Positions 10,171 to 20,300 of a stretch of DNA of 64,000 bases are shown here, piece after piece. The position numbers were made by a program, and so were the translations under genes. The stretch is from Minisyncoccia bacterium (GTDB taxonomy: Bacteria > Patescibacteriota > Minisyncoccia > Moranbacterales > GCA-2747515): NCBI GenBank assembly GCA_041738235.1, contig JBGSQF010000006.1:18261-82260 (forward strand), written 5' to 3'. How positions within the stretch are numbered: the first letter of the stretch is position 1; every line of letters begins with the position of its first letter. The notes beneath the pieces were generated by a model. It saw only the letters and a list, made by a program, of their open reading frames with translations. It was not told the DNA's origin and did no database searches.

Positions 10171-11394
10171 TTATTTTATATTATCCAAAACACTATACAT
10201 TGGCGTAAGCATGGCCACCGCAAAAAAACCAACCCCGGTTCCAATAACGATCATGAGCAATGGTTCTATAATAGATGACATATTTTTGGTCATCTGGTCC
10301 ACATCTGCTTCGTAGAATTCTGCCAATTTCAAAAGAACCTCTTCGGTCTTTCCCGTTGATTCTCCCACTTCAACTATCTGATACACCAAAGGAGGAAATA
10401 CCTTTGACCGAGAAATAGATTCACTCAGATTTATACCCTTTTGAACATCTTCCATGCTCCTCAAAATAGCAGTTCGATAAGCATAATTTGAAAGTGTTTC
10501 CGATATAACACGAAGAGCCTCAACAACAGACACACCACTTTTTAGAAGAGAACTGTATATACGAGCAAAACGAGCAGAGTTGGTCTTTATAACAATTTCT
10601 TTTACTACCGGAAAGTGCAACAAAAGAAACGAGATCACCCTCTTTCCAATTACCGTCTTAGCAAAAAGTGAAAGACAAATAATAATTACTACAACAGCAA
10701 TCGAAACAAGTATAGCGTGCCCCCTTAAAAAATTACTCACTCCGATAATGAACTGAGTGGACGCTGGTAACTTGACCTCCATATCTGAAAACACTGATGT
10801 GATCTTCGGCAAAATATAGGTCAGCATCAATACTCCAACACCGACCATAGCTGTCAAAATAACTGCGGGATACATCATTGCTCCACGAACTTTGCTGATC
10901 AGATCATGTTCTTTCTCTAGCTGAACCGATACGATCACCAAAACTTCTTCTAAATTTCCACCCAACTCTCCCACACGAACCATACTGACAAATAAATTAC
11001 TGAATATATCTGGATATTTTGCCAATGCATCGCCAAGTGGGGTGCCCGATTGGACTCTTTCCGCAATGTCATGAAGTGCTTTTTGGAACCGTTTATTTTT
11101 TGTTTGATTTACAAGAGTATTGATCGCCTTGGTGACCTGTACACCCGATGATATCATGACGCTCAAATTCCTTGCAAAAAGCATCTTGTCCTTTAAAGAA
11201 ACGCCTCCGAAAACCTTATCCATCAATCCCATTGTCTCAGCCGATTGACTCTCTTTCTCCTCCTCGTGAAACGTGAGTAGAAAACCCTCTGAACGCAACT
11301 GATGGAAAAGTGCGCTATCACTTTTTGCAAACATGCTTCCAGTACGCTCTTCTCCCGTGCTTATATTTTGGGCTGTAAATTTGTAATTCGGCAT
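10171..11394 (-). CDS. pilC: Type IV pilus inner-membrane platform protein PilC (GspF family)
   Basis: Two T2SSF-like repeats (LSVMISSGVQV.. and LLKSGVSVVEAL) and three TM segments; follows pilB. Confidence 0.8.
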   Translation of the reverse strand: MPNYKFTAQNISTGEERTGSMFAKSDSALFHQLRSEGFLLTFHEEEKESQSAETMGLMDKVFGGVSLKDKMLFARNLSVMISSGVQVTKAINTLVNQTKNKRFQKALHDIAERVQSGTPLGDALAKYPDIFSNLFVSMVRVGELGGNLEEVLVIVSVQLEKEHDLISKVRGAMMYPAVILTAMVGVGVLMLTYILPKITSVFSDMEVKLPASTQFIIGVSNFLRGHAILVSIAVVVIIICLSLFAKTVIGKRVISFLLLHFPVVKEIVIKTNSARFARIYSSLLKSGVSVVEALRVISETLSNYAYRTAILRSMEDVQKGINLSESISRSKVFPPLVYQIVEVGESTGKTEEVLLKLAEFYEADVDQMTKNMSSIIEPLLMIVIGTGVGFFAVAMLTPMYSVLDNIK

Positions 11395-11403
11395 ATTTTT
11401 GTT

Positions 11404-13173
11404 TTATTCTTTGGTAACACGCAATATCTCCTCTATGGAGGTGATCCCGAGAGCTGCCTTGATCATACCATCCTCTACCATTGTATGCATACCTGCTTTT
11501 CTTGATTCTAACTCAATATCCTCAGAAGAGGCTTTCTCAACGATCATCCTCCTGATAGTATCGTCTACCTCCATTACCTCAAATACTCCGTTTCTCCCCC
11601 GATACCCCTCATTGTTACAGCGAGCACACCCTTGTGCTCGGTAAAAAGAAACGTCCTCCCATGTTTGAATTTTCTTTTGCTTTGCAACTGAAGATTTTTG
11701 TAAAACGGCAAGTATTTCTTTCATGTTGAAACTCTCTCCTAATGTCTTCAGTTCCTCGGATGTTAATACGTAGGACTTCCGACAATCCGGACATAATCTT
11801 CGCACTAGTCTCTGTGCAATAATGACGTTCAACGTAGTCGCGACCAAGAATGGTTCGGCGCCCATATCCAACATTCTTGGTATCGTGGCAACAGCACTAT
11901 TCGTATGGAGCGTAGAAAGCACAAGATGTCCTGTCATAGCAGCATGCATGGCAATTTCCATGGTCTCTCCATCACGTATCTCCCCTACCATGATAATATC
12001 TGGATCCTGACGTAGTAACGAACGAAGTGCTGCTGCAAACGTCATGCCAATTTTTGATACTACCTGCGTTTGATTGATGCGTTGCATTCGATATTCAACA
12101 GGGTCTTCTACAGTACTAATATTCACTTCCGGGGTGTTAAGAATATCAACTACCGTGTAGAGCGTGGTAGTTTTCCCAGAACCCGTTGGCCCTGTAACCA
12201 ATATCATCCCGTTCGGCTTTTTTACCTCTCGATGCATGACTTCCAGATCTCGTCCCTCAAACCCGATCTTTTCCAAAGTGAGTCCCTTGGATGATTCATC
12301 CAAAAGACGCATAACGATCTTTTCACCGTCAAACACCGGTAAAATACTCACACGAAAAGAGATCTTATACCCTTCAGTTTCTATTTTAAACCTCCCATCC
12401 TGAGGTAATCTATGCTCATCCAACTTTAAGTTTGACAGCACTTTTATACGAGCAACAATGCCTTGTTGTACACTTCTCGGTAAACTCATAGCATCATGCA
12501 ATACCCCATCGATACGATATCGAACAACTACTTCTCTTTCTGTTGGTTCAATATGAATATCACTCGCCTGTTGCAAAATTGCATGTTTCAACAACGTATC
12601 TACAATACGAATGACAGGAACGTCCTCAGCAACTTTCTCCAAACTTTTTACATCACCATCTTCCTCCGGCTGATCGCTCTTTGCAGACTCGGAAAGAGAC
12701 TCTACATCCTGATCGATCAAATCTCCAAATTCCGCTTGTAAACTTTTTTCATATTGTTTCAATATTTCCGTAATACTTTCCTGTGAAGTGAGACAGGGAA
12801 TGATACGGAGACCCGTCTTCTTTTGAATGAAATCGATCGTCTGTAAATCATTCGGATTGAGCATGGCAACTTTAAGATTGCTTCCCTCCTTCTCAAATGC
12901 AACAATATTATATTTCTTGGCAATTGGAGCTGGAATGATCTGTAAAATATTTACAGGAATCTCATTCTTTTCCAAGTTCACAAAAGGGATCCCCAAGATC
13001 AATGAGTAGATCTTTCGTAGCTTCGTATCTTGAATAAATCCTCCTTTCAATAACACTTCTCCCAAAGAAACACCCTCTTTTTGAGAGGTGTCCCACGAAG
13101 CCTTAAGATCTTCCTTATTAAGAAAGTCAGCCCCCTGAAGAAACTCATAAAGTTGTTTATCCTGAATCTTCAT
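11404..13173 (-). CDS. pilB: Type IV pilus assembly ATPase PilB (GspE family)
   Basis: N-terminal MshEN-like domains, Walker A VTGPTGSGKTTTLY, Asp and His boxes, and a tetracysteine cluster CPDC...CARC. Confidence 0.85.
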   Translation of the reverse strand: MKIQDKQLYEFLQGADFLNKEDLKASWDTSQKEGVSLGEVLLKGGFIQDTKLRKIYSLILGIPFVNLEKNEIPVNILQIIPAPIAKKYNIVAFEKEGSNLKVAMLNPNDLQTIDFIQKKTGLRIIPCLTSQESITEILKQYEKSLQAEFGDLIDQDVESLSESAKSDQPEEDGDVKSLEKVAEDVPVIRIVDTLLKHAILQQASDIHIEPTEREVVVRYRIDGVLHDAMSLPRSVQQGIVARIKVLSNLKLDEHRLPQDGRFKIETEGYKISFRVSILPVFDGEKIVMRLLDESSKGLTLEKIGFEGRDLEVMHREVKKPNGMILVTGPTGSGKTTTLYTVVDILNTPEVNISTVEDPVEYRMQRINQTQVVSKIGMTFAAALRSLLRQDPDIIMVGEIRDGETMEIAMHAAMTGHLVLSTLHTNSAVATIPRMLDMGAEPFLVATTLNVIIAQRLVRRLCPDCRKSYVLTSEELKTLGESFNMKEILAVLQKSSVAKQKKIQTWEDVSFYRAQGCARCNNEGYRGRNGVFEVMEVDDTIRRMIVEKASSEDIELESRKAGMHTMVEDGMIKAALGITSIEEILRVTKE

Positions 13174-13188
13174 GTCGGTTTATACAAT

Positions 13189-14214
13189 CTATTTTATTTC
13201 ACAGTTACCCAACTTTCTCGGAAAAACCAAGAAGAAGGTTGTCCCTCGTCCTTTTTTCGACTCAAATCGAATGCTTCCTCCAACCCGATCCATAATCCTC
13301 TGGCATAAATTCAATCCCAATCCAACCCCCTCGGTATTTAATAACATGGCATTATCAGATCGAAAGAACTTTTCAAAGATCTTCCCCTGATGCTCTATGG
13401 GTATACCTATTCCCGTATCTTTGATATCCACCTCGATCTCTTTCTCCTTGTTACGTATGTAAAGAGATATCGTTCCAGACCGGTCTGTATACCGCAAAGC
13501 ATTAAGAAAGACGTTTTCTAAAACCATCTCTATTTTTCTTGCATCCCCGCAGGATTCTTTCTCTTCTCCAAATACTTCAAAAAGAAGTCGAATATTCTTT
13601 TGCTGTATATCCATGCGGTAACGGTCACAGACCTTTTTCATGAGATTCGAGATGTTTATACGCTCCTCATACCATCGAACTTCCCCACTTTCAAATCGAG
13701 ATACCATTAGAAACTCATCCACCATTCGTATAAGATGTTCGTTTGATAACTCAATACTGCGCATAGCCTCACGAGATCCATCATTTCCATCCCCACTATT
13801 TTTACTTCTACAAAGATCAATATGCCATTTTATCTGCGCAAGTGGCGATTTTAATCTATGTGACATAGCCGATATAAAATCACTCTTGAGCTTTCTAATA
13901 ACGGCGATCTCCTCTAACAAACGAATGATAAGACCTCCAATAAGCAGTGATGACATGACTATCCCAGATTCTATAAGAACTAGCGCCTCAGCATTATTAG
14001 AATAAGAAAATATAAGGTATGTTGCCCCCATGAAGAAAATAACCACAGCACCCAAAAGCAAAGAAAAAAACGCCGGCGTATGCCACAAGGAAACGCCGAG
14101 TTGTTTGGCCTGCTTTCGAAGGTCTAAACCTGACTCAATAGGAAGAAAAGGGGAATGCATATGTATCTTTTTTTTACTGTCAATTCTCTTTTTATTATAC
14201 CCTAAACACCACAC
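13189..14214 (-). CDS. Membrane sensor histidine kinase (HisKA plus HATPase_c), no cognate response regulator in the window
   Basis: H-box SAMSHRLKSPLAQI, N-box NALRYT, G-boxes DTGIGIP and GVGLGLNLC; TM helices at the N-terminus. Confidence 0.75.
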   Translation of the reverse strand: MWCLGYNKKRIDSKKKIHMHSPFLPIESGLDLRKQAKQLGVSLWHTPAFFSLLLGAVVIFFMGATYLIFSYSNNAEALVLIESGIVMSSLLIGGLIIRLLEEIAVIRKLKSDFISAMSHRLKSPLAQIKWHIDLCRSKNSGDGNDGSREAMRSIELSNEHLIRMVDEFLMVSRFESGEVRWYEERINISNLMKKVCDRYRMDIQQKNIRLLFEVFGEEKESCGDARKIEMVLENVFLNALRYTDRSGTISLYIRNKEKEIEVDIKDTGIGIPIEHQGKIFEKFFRSDNAMLLNTEGVGLGLNLCQRIMDRVGGSIRFESKKGRGTTFFLVFPRKLGNCEIK

Positions 14215-14232
14215 ACACCCCTAAGAGCAACT

Positions 14233-15540
14233 CTACTCAAAAAGTTTCTTATAGTTCTTCGACCAATACACAATGCCATTATAATAGGATGTATTGAACC
14301 CTCCAAGATAGTTGATCGATGCACTTTTTATAACTGATTCCTTGCTCGATGTGGCTCCTGCCTTTTGCAATTTAAGGGCCATAGCCATAACACCATCAGT
14401 AAGACTCCAGGGATCCGGTTTGCTATGACCCGTCTTTGATCGTACTGATGCTTCATATCCTTTCCATACGTCCGACATAAATTGAGAAACACCCATCGCG
14501 CCACCTTGACCAATATACCCACTTGGAGAACAAGAGACCTTTTTGTCCTTACTATAACCAAGCGTCTTCACGATCTCATAAAAAATATCTCTTCTTTTAT
14601 ACAGTAAATTTATCGATGATTGATATTTGGTTCCATACTTTTTATACCGGGCAACGGCAACCTTCTCCACCTCTTTGTAAGTACACTGTCCTGTGTTTGC
14701 TCCAAGATTCGTTTCCATCTTCAAAAATCCATACAACACCCCTTCAGGAACGCCCGTTTCATCACTCGCAAAATTCACCGCTTCACGGATGTCCTTCGCA
14801 TTAAATGACTTCCCGGTCAATATATTCAAATCACTTTCTAATTCCGCCAACTTTTTTTGCAGCTCTTCAATGGTCGCATCTTTCTCTGCTATATCAGACT
14901 GCGTTTCCTGCTTTGCTCCCAAAAGGTTATTCTTTTGGGAATTTTGAACAACAAGGAGTTGCTCCTTTTCCTTCTTGATATTATCTAGGTCCTCACGTTC
15001 TTTTTTGATATTTTCTTTTGTTTTAGATGATTCATCAATAAGCATGCCTATTCGCTCTTGCAGAGTAAGCACCTGATCCGATCCGTCTAATATCTGGGAC
15101 ATGCTTCCCTCATGAAACACCACTTCTGAAAGCGGAGTTTGCGAGGTATCATACATTAATTGCACCATATCCTGGAGCACTTTCTTTTGCTGACCAAGCT
15201 TCACCTCTAATTGAGCTATTTCTCCCTCCTTACGAGAGATCGTCTCTTGCGTGGTTTCAATGTGGGTCTTAGTCTCTTGTATTGCTCGCTGTGTTGCTGT
15301 CAAACTCCCATCGATCGCCTGGAGATTTTGAGAGAGACTCGTTTTTTCTTTGGTTACTTTATCGATCTTCTTCTCAAGATCTTTGATATCACCTTTTGTT
15401 TCGTCTATTTTATCGGGGTTTATCTCATCCGCCAAAGCTGGAAAAGAGATACAAAAAACTATCCCCAGACCTATCATTAAAAGACCTGAGAACAAGAAGG
15501 ATCCCCCCTTATCCTTGTGAGAATTATTCCAATGTTTCAT
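14233..15540 (-). CDS. Secreted coiled-coil protein with a C-terminal MltB-like lytic murein transglycosylase domain
   Basis: Signal peptide (LLMIGLGIVFCISFPALA), about 200 aa of heptad-rich coiled coil, then the GAMGVSQFMSDVW motif typical of MltB-family transglycosylases. Start set at MKHWNN (15540); the ORF track extends to 15591. Confidence 0.55.
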   Translation of the reverse strand: MKHWNNSHKDKGGSFLFSGLLMIGLGIVFCISFPALADEINPDKIDETKGDIKDLEKKIDKVTKEKTSLSQNLQAIDGSLTATQRAIQETKTHIETTQETISRKEGEIAQLEVKLGQQKKVLQDMVQLMYDTSQTPLSEVVFHEGSMSQILDGSDQVLTLQERIGMLIDESSKTKENIKKEREDLDNIKKEKEQLLVVQNSQKNNLLGAKQETQSDIAEKDATIEELQKKLAELESDLNILTGKSFNAKDIREAVNFASDETGVPEGVLYGFLKMETNLGANTGQCTYKEVEKVAVARYKKYGTKYQSSINLLYKRRDIFYEIVKTLGYSKDKKVSCSPSGYIGQGGAMGVSQFMSDVWKGYEASVRSKTGHSKPDPWSLTDGVMAMALKLQKAGATSSKESVIKSASINYLGGFNTSYYNGIVYWSKNYKKLFE

Positions 15541-15626
15541 GCCTAAAGTATAGCACATTTTTTCAATTTTTGAAAAACAAAAGACCCGCAATGGAACTAT
15601 GCGGGTCTTTTTCCTTGAAAACTAGA

Positions 15627-16058
15627 CTATTTCAATTCTACAGTTGCACCAGCAGCCTCAAGTTTCTTCTTTAACTCCTCTGCCTCTTCTTTCTTTACAG
15701 CCTCTTTGATCACCTTTGGAGCAGCATCTACCATATCCTTCGCCTCTTTCAAGCCCAACCCTGTAATCTCACGAACCGCCTTAATTACATTAATCTTCTG
15801 ATCTCCTGCAACCTTCAGCTCCACATCAAATTCCGTCTTCTCTTCTACTGCCTCACCCGCACCGGCAGCAGCAGGCATTGCCCCCATCATCATAGGAGCA
15901 GCAGCACTCACACCAAACTTATCTTCCAAGACCTTTACAAGCTCAGACAGATCCAGAACGCTCATCTTCTCGATCTCGCTCACGATACCTTGAAACTTAG
16001 CTGGCACTTCCACTGCCTTTGCCTCAACCTGCTCATCCGCCTTTGTTACTTCTGTCAT
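15627..16058 (-). CDS. rplL: 50S ribosomal protein L7/L12 (with about 20-aa N-terminal extension)
   Basis: Core [18 protein letters not shown] ... [25 protein letters not shown]. Confidence 0.85.
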   Translation of the reverse strand: MTEVTKADEQVEAKAVEVPAKFQGIVSEIEKMSVLDLSELVKVLEDKFGVSAAAPMMMGAMPAAAGAGEAVEEKTEFDVELKVAGDQKINVIKAVREITGLGLKEAKDMVDAAPKVIKEAVKKEEAEELKKKLEAAGATVELK

Positions 16059-16120
16059 ACGATTATTGTTACTTATTACGATAGTTAATTATATATCTTG
16101 CACCATCATCACTACATACT

Positions 16121-16648
16121 CTATTTCTTCTCCTCAATAGCATGAAGCACCGTTACCAAGCCACGCAAATTGCCACCCAATACCCGAACAAATCCTGAAA
16201 TAGGTGCCTGTATTGTTCCCACAACCTTAGCCAACATCTGTTGCTTACTCGGCATCTTCGCCAATGCCTCAACACTATGGGCAAAAAGCATTTTCTTTTC
16301 CAAGACTCCACCGAGAATACGAATATTTTTGTTGGTCTGAGAGAATTCATGTACCGCCTTGACCGCACCCACCTCATCCTCTTGAGAAAAAATAACCGCG
16401 ATCTGTCCGTCCAAAACCTTTTCATCAATTTCTATACCCGCCTCTTTGCCAATTCTCGAGATCAAGGTCTTTTTTACCACTCGAAATGTACCTCCCGCAT
16501 CTCGTAGCTTCTTCTTTAATGCTCGTGTGTCAAAAACGTTCAAACCTCGATAGTCAACAAACACCACTGACTTAGCTGTCTTCGCCTGATCCGACATCTC
16601 AGAAACCAGTGTTTCTTTTTGTGCTCGTGTAAGCATAAATTTTTCCAA
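16121..16648 (-). CDS. rplJ: 50S ribosomal protein L10
   Basis: MLTRAQKETLVSEMSDQAKTAKSVVFVDYRGLNV.. is the typical L10 N-terminus, and rplL lies immediately downstream. Confidence 0.85.
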   Translation of the reverse strand: MEKFMLTRAQKETLVSEMSDQAKTAKSVVFVDYRGLNVFDTRALKKKLRDAGGTFRVVKKTLISRIGKEAGIEIDEKVLDGQIAVIFSQEDEVGAVKAVHEFSQTNKNIRILGGVLEKKMLFAHSVEALAKMPSKQQMLAKVVGTIQAPISGFVRVLGGNLRGLVTVLHAIEEKK

Positions 16649-16855
16649 AGGAAATTAAAAAACGGACTTTTCTGTCCGATCCCGTGTGAAACAATTAAGA
16701 GAAAATTTTTGAAATATTTGCTCTATTACATTGCCTCGGTAGGACTTATTACCCTTTCGGATACGCCTCTTCAACCTGTGTTGAAGTCCCTTGCAGGAAC
16801 GGTCATCGGACATATTCAATTGTAAAATATTCTATCAGCACCACTATTTTTACCT
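16649..16855 (-). promoter_or_regulatory. rplJ 5-prime leader region (possible L10 autoregulatory leader)
   Basis: A 207-nt untranslated gap upstream of rplJ with a hairpin (cttcaacacaggttgaag). Assigned by position; structure not verified. Confidence 0.25.
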
Positions 16856-17239
16856 CTACTTGGCAGGTTCAGCCTTTGTGTCCTCCTCAACTTTATCACT
16901 TTCCACCTGCGCACTCTCAGGCAACCCTTCCTTTACCGCTTCTGCTACCTCCTGAACATTTTCCTCTACTTTTGGTCGTTCCATCTTTACTGCTCGTTTT
17001 TTTCCTTCAACCACGCCTTGAGCAACCAAAAGGTTATATACCGTATCAGAAGGCTGAGCCCCTTGTCCTAACCAGTGCAATATCCGATCATTTTCCAAAA
17101 CCGCGACCTTCTTATGTGGATCCCAGCTTCCAACCATTTCTACATGCCTTCCACCAGGTGCGACCGTCTTCTCCTGCACCGCAATACGAAAATGCGATCG
17201 ATTCTTCCGTCCTGTTCTATTGAGTCGAATTACCAACAT
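16856..17239 (-). CDS. rpsP: 30S ribosomal protein S16 with acidic C-terminal extension
   Basis: MLVIRLNRTGRKNRSHFRIAVQE.. is an S16 core (about 80 aa); an extra Glu-rich tail of about 45 aa follows. Confidence 0.8.
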   Translation of the reverse strand: MLVIRLNRTGRKNRSHFRIAVQEKTVAPGGRHVEMVGSWDPHKKVAVLENDRILHWLGQGAQPSDTVYNLLVAQGVVEGKKRAVKMERPKVEENVQEVAEAVKEGLPESAQVESDKVEEDTKAEPAK

Positions 17240-17337
17240 AAATATACCACAAATAATATACAGTAAACAAAAACGGCCTTCGCCTTTTTCTTACTGCCCT
17301 ACTTTACAGCCATTCATAAATTCTGTCAAGACCCCTT

Positions 17338-20300
17338 TCACACCAGCCACTTCTTCACCAACAATCCACCTTTTTCCATAGTGATAGTGTCTTGAGCATC
17401 TCTGGATTCCCCTGTAGCAGGATTTTGGACAGAGACTTTAACAGTATATACTCCAGCCTCAAGAAAAATAAGATAGCGCCCATGTTCATCAGCCATAGTT
17501 CTTGAAAGCATGCGCTCGTTTTTATCAAATACCGAGATAGTGGTAAACACAAGTCCCTTTTGGGAAAATCTTTCCTTAGAAACTACTTCTCCCCACTGAC
17601 GACTCTTATTTGTAAACTGCCTCACAAAGAAGAGGGCAATGTTAAAGAGTAAAAGCACCCAATAGGCAAGGTTACCACGATCAATAATAACAGCATACAT
17701 GGTCCAGAAAAAACTCACCACAAAAACAATAAAGAAAAAGGAATTGAGCCATACAGAAACATTAAAGAAACCAAGAAAACTAGAGGACCTTCTGATATCC
17801 GGCTTTCTTACAAGTATATTACAACGAATAAACTCTTTATTGGTTACCACAATGGGATCTCCCCGGTAAATATTAGTAATAAAAATAGAAGAGTTCTGTG
17901 TTTCTTTTTCAAAGGTATACCCTTCCTTCTCTGCTTGGATGGTGTAGGTACCGGGATCGACCAGAAAGCCGAAGCGTCCGAGCCTATCGGAGATGATGAC
18001 CTGTTTCTTTTGGGTCTGTTGGTTGATGAGCGTTAACGTGACGTAAGAAAGGATATTGCCCGTATTGGCGTCATAGGTCGTTCCCCAGGATCGTTTTCGA
18101 CGAAAGAACCCAACGATCCCGAAAGCACTTACCATTTGTTGTGTCAAACCTCGCGCAGTTAAGAGCCCAGGAGAAAATACCGACCCAAAAGATCGAAACA
18201 ACGTAGCTATGACCGCTGCTAACGTCAGTGTCTCAGCCGAAGACTCAGGATCCTTCGCCATCTCCTTGACAGCTGCAATAGCAGAACTTCCCATATTATC
18301 AATAAACTCTGGAGTAACTGCTGTAACTGCATGTCCAAGAGTACGAAGTCCTTTTGCAACTACTTCCTCTTGTGTTTGCTTTTGAATTTCATCACTCTTT
18401 AAAACAAAGGTTTTTGTTTCTGACCCTTCCGATGTCATATTGTTCTCATCGGTATAGGTAACATAAATAGTATGAACTCCCTGCTCAATGTCCTTATCCT
18501 TCATAACATATTCAATACTCCAGTGAGTATCAGCGCGCCCCGTAAAGCTAAAAGGACTAGAAAAAATATAAGCGGTAAGCGACCCAGGACCATCGGCCAT
18601 CCCCTTAACAATAAGTGTAGAATCTTTTCTCTCTATAGAAGTAACAGTTGGTGGTTTAGGAATGACGGTAACATTGAGAGAAGCTGTTCTTTTGACAGAT
18701 GTTGCGCTTGTAACACTTGCTTCTACAACATGAAGACCAGTGGTAGGGAACCTATAAGCAAAAGAATTCTCTTTGGAAACCACAACACCATCGACCGCCC
18801 AGGCATATGTATACGTACCGCTTTTATCTGGAAAGACTTGAAAGGTCGCCTCTTGCCCCTTTTCAAGTCGTTCTCTTGACGATGAGGCAGAGACGGAGAA
18901 ATTCTCTTCCTCACTATCCTTTTCTGGTATTATAATACGCCTCCCATTAGAGAATGCGCTCCTCGTTGACCCCTTATAAGCTCTCACGCGATATGTATAA
19001 GTCGCTCCAGGAACAAGAGTTTCAGTATCAATATATAGGATCTTATTCTTTTTGACAGTGGCGATCTCCTTAAAAGCATCACTCCCCTGTCTTCGTTGAA
19101 TACTATAACCATTCTCTAAATCAGTGTTGTCTTGCCATACAAGTCGAATGCCCTTCTCAACCCGCCTAATCCTGAGATTGGTGGGGCGTTGCTCTTGATC
19201 AACAAGAGAGAGCGCTTTTCTATAGATAGTTCCCGCATCACCTGATTGATATCCATTTCCTCCATCAACATTCTTAGTTCCTGTAAAAGTGCTTCTGTTA
19301 TAGTAAAGTGCAATTCTTCCCCCGCCTCCACCACCACCATGCGATCCTCCAACACCTCCCCGAGCACTAATAGATCCGCTCCCAGCAAATAAATTAGCTT
19401 GAAGATGCACAGACCCACCGGAACCACCCCCAGCATAGTCTCCCTCTCCGTCACTCCCATCCGCCACAATACTTCCACCAAGACTTATAGGGCCTGTCAC
19501 CGCTATTTTGACGGCTCCTGCTCCCGATCCACTCAATTGTGCGTCTCCAGATCCCCCACTTGACCCAATATCTGTTGGTTGTGTATCCGAACCGTACGAA
19601 GATCCTCCAAAAGTAGATGAATGGTCACCCACACCCCCCCTTCCTCCGAATCCGCCTCCGCCACCGCCAAAACCCCTCCCGGGACCATTTCCTTCACCAA
19701 AAGAGGTGGAAGTTCCAATATATCCCTTCCCGCTTACATCTATCTTCCCTCCCACATTGATCACAAGCCTTGCAAGAGAAAGATTGATCCCCTTGGTTTG
19801 GTTAACAACGTTAGCTTGATGCGTAAGAGTACCCCCTTTCGCAACCCGCATAGAATTAAAAGAAACTGCTGGTCCCAAGATATCTTGATTCTGAAATTCC
19901 ATGATCCCAAGAACAATAATATCCTTAATAGGCTGAACATCTCCAATGGCAGGATTAACACCATTTTCATACCAGGTAACATTTGCAGAAATAGTTAATG
20001 TAGATTGATAATGGTTATAGATGCCATTGTTAGTGATACTTGCAGCAGTCAACAAGGAAAGTTTTTCTTTCACAGTGATTGTGTAATCGTGCGCGATGAC
20101 ATATCTAGCTGAACCACGAACAGTGAGATGATTAAATACTGACGATTCAACAATGGTCGTAGTGGATCCAGAAACAGCACCATTTCCAACAACAAGATCC
20201 CCATACGTAGCAGAATTTGATTTGATAAAAATAGTTCCAGCCCCCCCTCGCTGATAGCCCGCTCCGCCAAATGCAGTCCTTATTCCATTAAAAGTATCGT

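Noticed and set aside
19508-19998. Plus-strand Pro-rich ORFs (103 and 125 aa; also 20573-20989) inside the giant surface-protein gene
   Set aside because: They are the antisense reading of the Gly-rich (GGN) repeats. Low-complexity poly-Pro translation with no start context. Artefact of codon composition.
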